Both the position numbers and the translations under genes were made by a program. The notes beneath the pieces were generated by a model that saw only the letters and a list, made by a program, of their open reading frames with translations, did not search any database and was not told where the DNA came from. Below, in pieces: positions 55,621-64,000 of a stretch of 64,000 nucleotides of DNA (position 1 is the stretch's first letter; the number at the start of each line of letters is the position of its first letter). The DNA is taken from positions 121,661 to 185,660 of the forward strand of contig JAYRIM010000028.1 of the NCBI GenBank assembly GCA_041906785.1, given 5' to 3'. This DNA comes from Candidatus Levyibacteriota bacterium (GTDB lineage: Bacteria > Patescibacteriota > Microgenomatia > Levybacterales > UBA12049).

Positions 55621-56952
55621 ATGGAGAAATTTGTTATCAAAGGTGGTAATACATTACAGGGTACTGTAAAAATTTCAGGAGCTAAAAACGCTGCATTAAA
55701 AGCTCTCGTTGCTGCATGTTTAACAGACGAGACTGTCACACTTCATAATGTTCCTCATATTGCTGATATTTTCGTCATGATCGATATTATGAAAAACCTA
55801 GGTGCTGAGGTTGTGCTTCATGATCATAGTTTATCGATTACCATGAAAAAGTTTAACCATTTTTCTATCCCGCTGGATAAAGCGGCACTTGCGCGTACAT
55901 CAGCCATGTTTATCGCGCCATTGCTTGCACGCACAAAGGAAGCAATTATTCCAAATCCAGGTGGCTGCCGTCTTGGAGCACGACCAATTGACCGAACAGT
56001 AGAAGGAATAGAGAAAATGAATACAGAAATTACGTATCACAGCGAAGATGGATATTTTCATGCTAAAACTACGGGTTTAAAAGGTATTACATACCGATTT
56101 GCAAAAAGTACACATACAGGTACAGAGACAATGATTCTTGCTGCAGTGTTGGCTAAAGGAAAAACAGTTTTAGAGAATGCAGCAGAAGAGCCTGAAATAG
56201 ATGATGTGATCAATTTACTAAATGCAATGGGAGGAAAGGTGAAACGAAATGGAAAAAGACAAATAACTATTGAAGGCGTTGAGAAACTTCATGGAGCTGA
56301 CTTTACCATAAGTCCTGATAGGATAGAAGCTGTAACATTTGCTATCTGTGCCTACATTACTGGTGGAGATATCTTCGTGAAAGATGCACATAAAACACAC
56401 ATAAAAGCGTTTCTTGAGAGATTAGATCAGATCGGAGCACGTTATGAAATAAAAGAAGATGGTATTAGATTCTTTACAAACGGTATATTAAAAGCTGTTG
56501 ACGTGACAACTGATATTCACCCAGGTTTTTTAAATGATTGGCAAGCACCATGGGCGGTATTAATGACGCAAGCTGAAGGAGTGTCAACAATTCATGAGAC
56601 AGTATTCGAAAATAAACTTGGCTATGTGAAAGATTTAAAAAAAATGGGTGCAAAAGTACAACTATTTAATCCTCCAGTATCTAATAAAGAGGAGGTTTAT
56701 AATTTTAATTTGGAAGATGATCGGCCTGAATATTTTCATGCAGTAAAAATTACCGGTCCGGCGAAATTACATAACGCGGTTATGACGACACTGGATATTC
56801 GTGCGGGCGCAGCAATAGTTTTGGCTGCTTTAGCAGCAAAAGGTACAAGCATTATTTATGGTGTCGAAAAACTGGATCGTGGATATGAACGTTTTGAAGA
56901 ACGTTTAACATCACTCGGTGCAAATATAAAAAGGGTAAAGGAGGTAATATGA
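55621..56952 (+). CDS. murA: UDP-N-acetylglucosamine 1-carboxyvinyltransferase
   Basis: FVIKGGNTLQGTVKISGAKNAALKALVAA ... EPSP-synthase-like fold. Confidence 0.9.
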   Translation: MEKFVIKGGNTLQGTVKISGAKNAALKALVAACLTDETVTLHNVPHIADIFVMIDIMKNLGAEVVLHDHSLSITMKKFNHFSIPLDKAALARTSAMFIAPLLARTKEAIIPNPGGCRLGARPIDRTVEGIEKMNTEITYHSEDGYFHAKTTGLKGITYRFAKSTHTGTETMILAAVLAKGKTVLENAAEEPEIDDVINLLNAMGGKVKRNGKRQITIEGVEKLHGADFTISPDRIEAVTFAICAYITGGDIFVKDAHKTHIKAFLERLDQIGARYEIKEDGIRFFTNGILKAVDVTTDIHPGFLNDWQAPWAVLMTQAEGVSTIHETVFENKLGYVKDLKKMGAKVQLFNPPVSNKEEVYNFNLEDDRPEYFHAVKITGPAKLHNAVMTTLDIRAGAAIVLAALAAKGTSIIYGVEKLDRGYERFEERLTSLGANIKRVKEVI

Positions 56953-57704
56953 AAAAGATAGGCGCAATTATTTTAGCGGGTGGCAAAGGCACACGAATGA
57001 AAATGAAAACGACAAATAAAGTTACGATGAAACTTGGGGAAAAACCTATGGTGAAACATATCGTTGAGTTTATGCAAGGATTAGGAATAGATACGATTGT
57101 CGTTGTTGTCGGCTTCGCGAAAGAGTCAGTCATGGATGCATTAAAAGGTAAGGACGTCATCTTTGCAGAACAAAAAAAGCGTCTAGGTACTGGACATGCT
57201 ATCGTTTGTGCATTACGCACATTACCTAAAGATATTACCGATGTATTAGTTGTCTATGGAGATGATGCAGTATTATATGCAGAAAAAAATATTCCTACAA
57301 TTAAAAAATTATTTGAAGTGCATGACGAAAGAAATGACGCTGTGACTTTTTTAACTATAGAACAACCGAATCCATTTGGTTTAGGCAGGATTATTCGAGA
57401 TAAAGAAGGAAAAGTACAGGCCATTATTGAAGAAAAGGATGCTACAGAAGAGCAACGAAAAATTACTGAAATAAATCCGGGATGTTTTCTTTTCTCAGTT
57501 TCTTTTCTTAATAAATATCTTTCAAAAATAAAGAAAAGTCCAATAACAGGGGAGTATTACATTAATAGTTTTATAGATCTTGCGATTGCGCATGGAGAGC
57601 TAGTGAAGACAGTTCAAGGAGGATATATGGCTTGGCGAGGAGTAAACACGCATGACGAACTGCACCAAGCAGAGCAGTTGTTTACCAATGTTCGTTCTGC
57701 TTAA
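56949..57704 (+). CDS. sugar-phosphate nucleotidyltransferase (GlmU N-terminal-domain-like, stand-alone)
   Basis: GAIILAGGKGTRM ... YGDDAVL motifs. Confidence 0.75.
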   Translation: MKKIGAIILAGGKGTRMKMKTTNKVTMKLGEKPMVKHIVEFMQGLGIDTIVVVVGFAKESVMDALKGKDVIFAEQKKRLGTGHAIVCALRTLPKDITDVLVVYGDDAVLYAEKNIPTIKKLFEVHDERNDAVTFLTIEQPNPFGLGRIIRDKEGKVQAIIEEKDATEEQRKITEINPGCFLFSVSFLNKYLSKIKKSPITGEYYINSFIDLAIAHGELVKTVQGGYMAWRGVNTHDELHQAEQLFTNVRSA

Positions 57705-57709
57705 CATCT

Positions 57710-58348
57710 ATGGAGCAATATTCTCATAATACTTTTTTCGATATTTCAGAATTTCCTTATAAAGGCGTTTTTGAAAATGTCTACTCTGTCTGGGAAGCGA
57801 TAGGAAGATTAAAATTTTATATAGATGAACTCTTCAGTAGTAAGATAATTCAGGCTAATTATCAGAAAGCTCCTTTAGTATTTCTAGGGAAGAATGTCGT
57901 GATAGACGAAGGAATAAAGATAGAAGGTCCGGCTATCATAGGAGATAACAGTGTCATTAGGCATGGAGCATTGCTGCGAGCGTATTGTTTACTAGGCAAT
58001 AATGTCATCATCGGACATGGATGTGAAATAAAACATAGCATTTTTTTAAATAATGCTTCTGCTGCACACCTGAATTATGTTGGTGATAGTATTATCGGAA
58101 ATAACGTAAATATTGCAGGTGGTGCTATTACTGCAAACTTTCGACTTGATAAACAGAAAGTTAGAATCAAACATGGTACTAAAATCCTTGATACTCAGTT
58201 AGAAAAGTTAGGTGCTGTTATAGGAGATGGTTCAAATATAGGCGTAAATGCTGTTTTGAATCCAGGAACACTACTTGGAAAAAATACCATCGTATATCCA
58301 TTAACTTCAGTAAGAGGTGTACACGACAATAACGCAATTATAAAATGA
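57710..58348 (+). CDS. left-handed beta-helix acetyltransferase (GlmU C-terminal-domain-like, stand-alone)
   Basis: Hexapeptide repeats (IGDNSVIRHGA ... IGHGCEI ... IGNNVNIAGGAI). Confidence 0.6.
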   Translation: MEQYSHNTFFDISEFPYKGVFENVYSVWEAIGRLKFYIDELFSSKIIQANYQKAPLVFLGKNVVIDEGIKIEGPAIIGDNSVIRHGALLRAYCLLGNNVIIGHGCEIKHSIFLNNASAAHLNYVGDSIIGNNVNIAGGAITANFRLDKQKVRIKHGTKILDTQLEKLGAVIGDGSNIGVNAVLNPGTLLGKNTIVYPLTSVRGVHDNNAIIK

Positions 58349-58827
58349 AAAAAGATACGATCGTTCTTTTCGATATCGATGATGTTTTATTTGATACACA
58401 GCATTTTATAGAGACAAATCTCGAAGAATTTAGATTATATGAAGATGCTGAAGCAGTTTTGAAAAAAATAGCGCCCTTTGCTGAGATAGGAATATTATCT
58501 CAAGGTGAATATGATTTTCAATTAAAAAAGCTTATCCAGACAGGCATTAGACATGAAATCGTTTCGGAACATATGCATATAGTACCTGCGAAAGATCAAA
58601 CAATGGTAAAAGTATTAGAAAAATATAGAATTAATAGCAAGAGAGTTTTTTTTATAGATGACCGTTTAAATGGTTTATATCACACGAAAATGATCCTACC
58701 TCAAATAACAACAATTTTATTAAAACGAGGACGATATATTGATAACCAAGAGGAAATTAATGATTTTAAACCCGATAGAATCATACACAAACTCGAAGAG
58801 ATTATTGATATAATCAAAGGCGAATAA
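58345..58827 (+). CDS. HAD-superfamily hydrolase/phosphatase
   Basis: LFDIDDVLFDT (DxDx[TV] motif I). Confidence 0.55.
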   Translation: MKKDTIVLFDIDDVLFDTQHFIETNLEEFRLYEDAEAVLKKIAPFAEIGILSQGEYDFQLKKLIQTGIRHEIVSEHMHIVPAKDQTMVKVLEKYRINSKRVFFIDDRLNGLYHTKMILPQITTILLKRGRYIDNQEEINDFKPDRIIHKLEEIIDIIKGE

Positions 58828-58832
58828 CGACT

Positions 58833-60611
58833 ATGTGCGGAATATTTGGATATATCGGTACTAAAAAAGATGCACCTATGATGGTATTTGAAGGTTTAAA
58901 ACTTCTTGAATATCGTGGCTATGATTCCTGGGGGATTGCTACGAAAAATAGCAGTGGTGAATTAAAAGTTGAGAAATACACGGGTAAAATTGCTGAAAAT
59001 GAGAAAAACATTCAGATTGTAAAGCTTCCATCAAACATGGCGATTGGTCATACTCGTTGGGCAACCCATGGTGGAGTAACAGTGACAAACGCTCATCCTC
59101 ATTTCGACTGCAATAAACAATTAGCTCTTATCCATAATGGTATTATCGAAAATTATGTTGAGCTTCGCGATGAATTACTCGAAAAAGGACACAAATTTAT
59201 TTCAGAAACAGATACTGAAGTTGCGGTCCATTTGATTGAAGAAAATATAAAAAATGAAGGTTTCGCATCCGCGGTTCGAGATAGTTTTAACAGAATGAAA
59301 GGGTTAAATGCAATCGTAGTAATGAACGCTGCATCCCAAGAAATTATTACAGCGAAAAATGGTTCACCAATCGTCATTGGGAAGGACAGCACTGGATTAT
59401 ATATAGCATCTGACGCATCAGGAATTATAAAACACACACGAGATGTACTTTTTCTCGAGGATAATCAAATGGCGATTTTAGGAAAAACATTAAAAGTAAT
59501 TAAACTTCCGGAAGGTGAACCTATTACTCCTGAATTCCGAACTATAGAGTGGAAATTTGAAGAAAGTACTTTAGGAGACTATCCACATTATTTGTTAAAA
59601 GAAATACATGAACAACCACGTGTTTTGCGAAATATAGCGCTTTCATATGCTGATGAAACGAAACGGTTTGCCAATTTAATAGAAAAAGCGTTCGGTACAT
59701 TTATGTTAGGTTGTGGTACAGCTTCATACGCAGCGTTAAGTGGTACGTATCTTTTTTCGAAAATTGCTAAAAAACATGTTAATTTTGCTGTCGCGTCAGA
59801 ATTTAATTATTTGGAAGATTATCTAACCTCTGAAAGTCTCCTTATTCCAATATCTCAGAGTGGTGAAACAATTGATGTTGTGGAATGTGTAGGTAATGCA
59901 AAAAAACATGGTGCTAGAATTGCAGCGATAGTTAACGTTCTCGGTTCCACATTATATCGTCAGGCAGATAGTAGTGTTTTACTTGGTGCAGGTCCTGAGC
60001 GAGCCGTAATAGCTACAAAAAGCTTTATTGCAATGATTTCCGTGCTTCTTCTTACAGCCTATACATTAGCTGATAAACAAAAAGAAGGCATGAAACTTCT
60101 CGAACAAACAGCAGATGACATAGATGCAATATTAAAACCTTCGTATGTCGAGCAGGTTGTAAAACTTGCTGAAAATTTGAAAAATAAAGATCATGTTTTT
60201 ATCATAGGCCGAGGACTTTCATATGCAACATCACTTGAGGGTGCTTTAAAACTGAAGGAGACATGTTATATCCATGCTGAAGGTTTCGCTGGTGGGGAAT
60301 TAAAACATGGTGTTATAGCATTAATTGAACCTGGAACACCATGTATAGTTTTCGCACCCGATGATGAAACGTATGATGCAATAATTTCAAATGCTCAAGA
60401 AGTGAAAGCCCGTGGTGGATATATTATTGGTATTGGTCCTAAAAAGCATATCGTTTTTGATACATTCTTGCAGACAGCAGATGCTAAAGAAGCGACAATG
60501 ATTCCCCAAGTAGTTATCGCACAGCTATTAGCATATCACTTAGCATTAAAAAAAGGAATTAAAGATCCTGATAAACCGCGTAACCTTGCTAAGAGTGTTA
60601 CTGTGAAATAA
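58833..60611 (+). CDS. glmS: glutamine--fructose-6-phosphate aminotransferase
   Basis: MCGIFGYIG N-terminal nucleophile; two SIS domains; C-terminal ...KSVTVK. Confidence 0.9.
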   Translation: MCGIFGYIGTKKDAPMMVFEGLKLLEYRGYDSWGIATKNSSGELKVEKYTGKIAENEKNIQIVKLPSNMAIGHTRWATHGGVTVTNAHPHFDCNKQLALIHNGIIENYVELRDELLEKGHKFISETDTEVAVHLIEENIKNEGFASAVRDSFNRMKGLNAIVVMNAASQEIITAKNGSPIVIGKDSTGLYIASDASGIIKHTRDVLFLEDNQMAILGKTLKVIKLPEGEPITPEFRTIEWKFEESTLGDYPHYLLKEIHEQPRVLRNIALSYADETKRFANLIEKAFGTFMLGCGTASYAALSGTYLFSKIAKKHVNFAVASEFNYLEDYLTSESLLIPISQSGETIDVVECVGNAKKHGARIAAIVNVLGSTLYRQADSSVLLGAGPERAVIATKSFIAMISVLLLTAYTLADKQKEGMKLLEQTADDIDAILKPSYVEQVVKLAENLKNKDHVFIIGRGLSYATSLEGALKLKETCYIHAEGFAGGELKHGVIALIEPGTPCIVFAPDDETYDAIISNAQEVKARGGYIIGIGPKKHIVFDTFLQTADAKEATMIPQVVIAQLLAYHLALKKGIKDPDKPRNLAKSVTVK

Positions 60612-60645
60612 AGTATTTTTTATTATTGAAAATCCGTTAGAAATC

Positions 60646-62307
60646 TTGCTAACATTATTCGATAATCCTGCCACTACGTCCCTGCCTTTTTCTATGAATA
60701 TTCTTTTCGTGTTAACAACATGCTTTTTTTATATTTGGATCATTCGTAATATATCTTTTTGGTTGTTTCACCTGCAAGAAAACGAATATCGCGGATATGC
60801 TTTATTTCAAAAAAAGTATTTCTTTAATAAAAACCTCGTTATATTATTATTATTGCAAGCTCTAGGAATAGCTGGATATATACTGTCTATCTTTATTGAC
60901 TCAGTTTCCCAAATAAGTCATATAATCATTTTCTCGGTATATCTATTTCAAGGCACAATTCTCTTTAGAGAAATCGTTTCACATCAATTTTTGATACCTA
61001 AAATAACGAAAAAATTTTTATTCCTTTTTTTACCTACTTTTTGCATTCTATACATTTTATTTTCTATACCACTTTTAGATAAATTTGTCTGGCTAATTGT
61101 TCTAGATCGGTTAACACTGCCTATTATCTTGTTTTTTGTTTTCAGCTATTCCTTTCCCATGGAAGTTTATAACGATATTATTTTGGAACGTGTGAGTAAA
61201 AAAAGAAAAACATTTAAACAAACGAAAATTATATGCATAGCTGGTGATGAATTAAAAAATCTTATTGCTTATTTTTTAGGTGAAATAGTTGCTAAATCCT
61301 ATGAAGTCATCCTGACGAAAGGCTCTCCTTATCTTCTTGAAGGTATATCAGAAGTTATAAACAAAGAAATTACAGATAATAAAACCGCTGTAATAATCCC
61401 CATTGAAGGGAATAACCGTGAAGATCTCAGCATTATTGTACAGACTTTAGGACCTGATATCGGAATCTATACTGATGTAGTGGGATTTCCGCTAAAAGGA
61501 ATAGAAGAAAAAGCCTATGTGCAGAAAATTAGTGAATTTTTTTTGCAAAATACATACTCCATACAGTTTCTTTCGTTAACTGGTAAGTACGCAGAAAAAT
61601 GTATAGATCTTATCATTAAAAAAAATGTAGATAAAAATATTCATACTCTTCGTTTAAAAAGTTCGGAGCCAAACTTAGCCATCGAAGATACTTCGAATAT
61701 GTATTTATATGTGAACGAAATGAATAAGCAGGGTGCAAGTTTTACTCTTAGATACAAGCAGAAAATATATACGTTAAAAACATCTATGAAAGGGGAACAA
61801 ACAATCTGGGCTTTATCGACAGCTGTATATATAGCTGATTACCTTGGCATTCCCTCTATAGATATCGAAGAAAAAGTTTCTGAGATAAAAGTTCCTGAAG
61901 GGTATATGTCCCATCATGCTTTTCTAAAAAGTCAGATTATTGATGCATCTGCATTTTCTAGTACATATATATTGGCAATTCTTCGGTATCTACATTTTTT
62001 TACAGGGAAAAAACTTATTATTCTGTCAGACGAAGGATTAAATAACAAAATAGTTCGTGAGGTTTTATTCGAGTTAAAAAATAGTGCTCCTGGAGAGTAC
62101 ACTTTTTTAGCGAATGATGAGATATATAAAAAATTGATTCGTCATTTTTCACCATTATCACCTATACGTTTAATACTATACTCCAGAAACGAACAGGTAA
62201 TTCGTCTGCTGAAACATTATCTAAAAGGAAAAGAAGATATTGCTGCATTTTTGGGTAATGCATCTAAATCTTTAATAGAAAATATTCTCAGAGAGCTGGA
62301 AAGTTAG
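60646..62307 (+). CDS. MurF-like Mur-ligase homolog with a degenerate P-loop, fused to a ~170-aa N-terminal 5-TM domain
   Basis: By eye it aligns block by block to MurF: KIICIAGDELKNLI vs KVVAITGSSGKTSV; AVIIPIEGNNREDL vs AVIELGANHQGEI; GFPLKGIEEKAYVQKISEFF vs AAHLEGFGSLAGVAKAKGEIF. It lies between the glmS end and mraY, where murF is expected. Confidence 0.45.
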   Translation: MLTLFDNPATTSLPFSMNILFVLTTCFFYIWIIRNISFWLFHLQENEYRGYALFQKKYFFNKNLVILLLLQALGIAGYILSIFIDSVSQISHIIIFSVYLFQGTILFREIVSHQFLIPKITKKFLFLFLPTFCILYILFSIPLLDKFVWLIVLDRLTLPIILFFVFSYSFPMEVYNDIILERVSKKRKTFKQTKIICIAGDELKNLIAYFLGEIVAKSYEVILTKGSPYLLEGISEVINKEITDNKTAVIIPIEGNNREDLSIIVQTLGPDIGIYTDVVGFPLKGIEEKAYVQKISEFFLQNTYSIQFLSLTGKYAEKCIDLIIKKNVDKNIHTLRLKSSEPNLAIEDTSNMYLYVNEMNKQGASFTLRYKQKIYTLKTSMKGEQTIWALSTAVYIADYLGIPSIDIEEKVSEIKVPEGYMSHHAFLKSQIIDASAFSSTYILAILRYLHFFTGKKLIILSDEGLNNKIVREVLFELKNSAPGEYTFLANDEIYKKLIRHFSPLSPIRLILYSRNEQVIRLLKHYLKGKEDIAAFLGNASKSLIENILRELES

Positions 62308-62355
62308 GATATCAATTGTTGAATAGATATGCTAATACCAGTATAATTAACAGAT

Positions 62356-63360
62356 ATGGCATCTTTATTAGGTTTGACCATAATGGCCTTTTTTATTACT
62401 ATAATACTTTTGGTTCCTTTCATAGACTTTCTCTACGCTGTAAAGCTGAAAAGACGAACACAGAAAACTCGTGATCCTTTTGATAATAGAACTCCCTTAT
62501 TTGATAAATTCAATGAATGGAAAGTAGGTACTCCTTTCGGAGGAGGCTTGTTAATAATCATTATTGTACTTGTTCTATCGTTATGGGCATATGGGATGCT
62601 GGATATAAATGTAAATCCATGGGAACTTTTCGTGCTCATTTTTTCACTTGTTGGCTTTGGTTCTTTAGGATTATATGATGATTTTAAGAAGCTGGTGAGT
62701 GGATCGAACGAGTTTTTTGGTTTGCGATTACGGTATAAATTTATTATTCAATGGATTTTAGCATTCATAATCGCAAGCGTCTTCTATTTAAAACTCGGTT
62801 ATGATTTTATTTATCTTTATGGGAGTGTTATGAATATCGGAGCATTTTTTATACCTATAGCGGCTTTCGTTATCGTAGCTTTTGTAAATGCGTTTAATAT
62901 TACTGATGGCTTAGATGGGCTCGCTTCAGGATTATTATTAATCTGTTTGTTAGCTCTTTTGGCTATAACAGCACAGATTCTGGATCAGACGCTCGGTATT
63001 TTTATCGCTGTGCTTGTAGGCAGTGTAGGAGCATTCTTGTACTTTAATACATATAAAGCGAGGTTATGGCTGGGAGATGTGGGATCACTTTCTTTAGGTG
63101 CAGCACTTGCTGTTATGGGACTACTTACAGGAAAAACACTTGCGCTTGGAATTATCGGCGGTGTATTTGTCGCTGAAGTAGCTTCTTCTTTTTTACAATT
63201 AACGAGTAAAAAATTCTTCAACAGGAAAGTACTACCAGCAGCTCCTTTACATCTATGGCTTTTAAAACGAGGATGGGAAGAACCAAAAATCGTAATGCGT
63301 GCATGGATTGTTGGGTTTTTCCTCGCTATTTTGGGATTGTATTTAGCTTTGGTACGTTAA
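62356..63360 (+). CDS. mraY: phospho-N-acetylmuramoyl-pentapeptide transferase
   Basis: NAFNITDGLDGLASG and a ~10-TM topology. Confidence 0.9.
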   Translation: MASLLGLTIMAFFITIILLVPFIDFLYAVKLKRRTQKTRDPFDNRTPLFDKFNEWKVGTPFGGGLLIIIIVLVLSLWAYGMLDINVNPWELFVLIFSLVGFGSLGLYDDFKKLVSGSNEFFGLRLRYKFIIQWILAFIIASVFYLKLGYDFIYLYGSVMNIGAFFIPIAAFVIVAFVNAFNITDGLDGLASGLLLICLLALLAITAQILDQTLGIFIAVLVGSVGAFLYFNTYKARLWLGDVGSLSLGAALAVMGLLTGKTLALGIIGGVFVAEVASSFLQLTSKKFFNRKVLPAAPLHLWLLKRGWEEPKIVMRAWIVGFFLAILGLYLALVR

Positions 63361-63406
63361 TCTCCTTTTTTTCGACTTCGTTATCCATGGTATGATAATA
63401 CTAGAC

Positions 63407-64000
63407 TATGAAACGTTATGATTTTATACTTTTTTCATCTATTATTTTCCTCACATTATTCGGAATATTAATGATTTATAATGCTTCGTCTGTTATTGCA
63501 TTCAGAGATTTCGGAAATAAATATCATTATTTCACTGAACAGCTGACATGGATCATTCTAGGCTATTCAGCAATGATTTTTATGTCATATATAGATTATC
63601 ATTTGTATTATAAACTTGCTGTTCCTTTACTTATGATTGCCATTATTTTTCTGCTAGCTGTCTTTATACCTGGAATTGGCATATATGCTCTTGGAGCGCA
63701 TCGATGGATAAATTTACATTTTTTCGTTCTTCAACCAGCAGAATTTATTAAACTTACACTTGCTATCTATCTTTCTGCTTGGTTTTCGCATAAAGAACGT
63801 GAACGGTTTTTAGCTTTCTGTTTACTAATAGGCACAGTATTACTTCTTGTTATGTTACAGCCAGATATGGGAACCGCTTCAGTTATACTTTTCGAGGCAT
63901 TAGTTGTTTATTACTTGTCCGGTGGAAATATTATGCAGTTTGTATTTTTAATCCCTGTCTTGGCTATCGCTGGCTTTTTACTCATTAAAATCGCTCCATA
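63407..64000 (+). CDS. ftsW: 3'-partial SEDS-family FtsW/RodA (runs off the window end)
   Basis: ATG ~63407; IFLTLFGILMIYNASS ... LQPDMGTA motifs; no stop before nt 64000. Confidence 0.75.

Noticed and set aside
58828-58832. glmS ribozyme upstream of glmS
   Set aside because: Only 5 nt separate the HAD gene stop from the glmS start, so there is no room for the ~150-nt glmS ribozyme.
1-64000. Alternative genetic code (UGA recoding, as in some CPR lineages)
   Set aside because: Long uninterrupted ORFs with conserved C-termini end at TGA as well as TAA/TAG. Examples are the GT4 at 23885 and the GIY-YIG at 51467. No in-frame TGA is needed to restore any conserved protein, so the standard code 11 fits.

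Overview
Low-GC (~30%) bacterial fragment, tightly packed and mostly + strand, using the standard genetic code. Gene content suggests a Candidate-Phyla-Radiation/Patescibacteria-like organism: split GlmU, very many glycosyltransferases, and an MraZ-RsmH-FtsL-FtsI-Mur-MraY-FtsW dcw cluster. Layout: (i) 1-36.4 kb is one large cell-surface glycan locus. It holds at least 6 GT2, 5 GT4 and at least 6 GT-C/YfhO/ArnT-like membrane glycosyltransferases, a Wzy/WaaL-like fusion giant, a GtrB/CsbB-like polyprenol-P-sugar synthase, three SDR epimerase/dehydratases, a split transketolase, a sulfotransferase-like protein, an APH-like kinase, a SAM-methyltransferase, an O-acetyltransferase, ManC and an initiating sugar-phosphate transferase. 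(ii) 36.5-42.1 kb holds housekeeping genes: a DUF4012-like envelope protein, a GxxExxY nuclease-fold protein, recO, an EamA transporter and glyQS. (iii) 43.2-46.3 kb is a sharply bounded ~62% GC island on the minus strand. It encodes an ABC substrate-binding protein and permease, an MTAP/PNP-like phosphorylase and an adjacent PRTase; it is probably HGT, possibly an assembly chimera. (iv) 46.3-46.9 kb is a gene-free, hairpin-rich spacer. (v) 47.6-64 kb is the dcw/peptidoglycan-precursor cluster (mraZ, rsmH, ftsL-like, ftsI, murE, murC, murA, split glmU, HAD, glmS, a degenerate membrane-fused MurF-like protein, mraY, ftsW-partial). A small GIY-YIG gene interrupts it. Striking non-genic structure: (a) a ~90-100 bp palindromic MITE-like element is inserted in frame in recO and murE, and both flanks the GIY-YIG gene and contains its start and stop codons; (b) heptanucleotide and other non-triplet tandem repeats sit inside several glycosyltransferase genes, suggesting phase variation; (c) an intergenic TTGTTATATTG inverted-repeat element occurs three times; (d) a second hairpin family with an AATGGGCCAAAGG core occurs twice; (e) a textbook MraZ operator of three 10-bp direct repeats is present. 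Hand-derived coordinates of repeats and regulatory sites are approximate (±3 nt).
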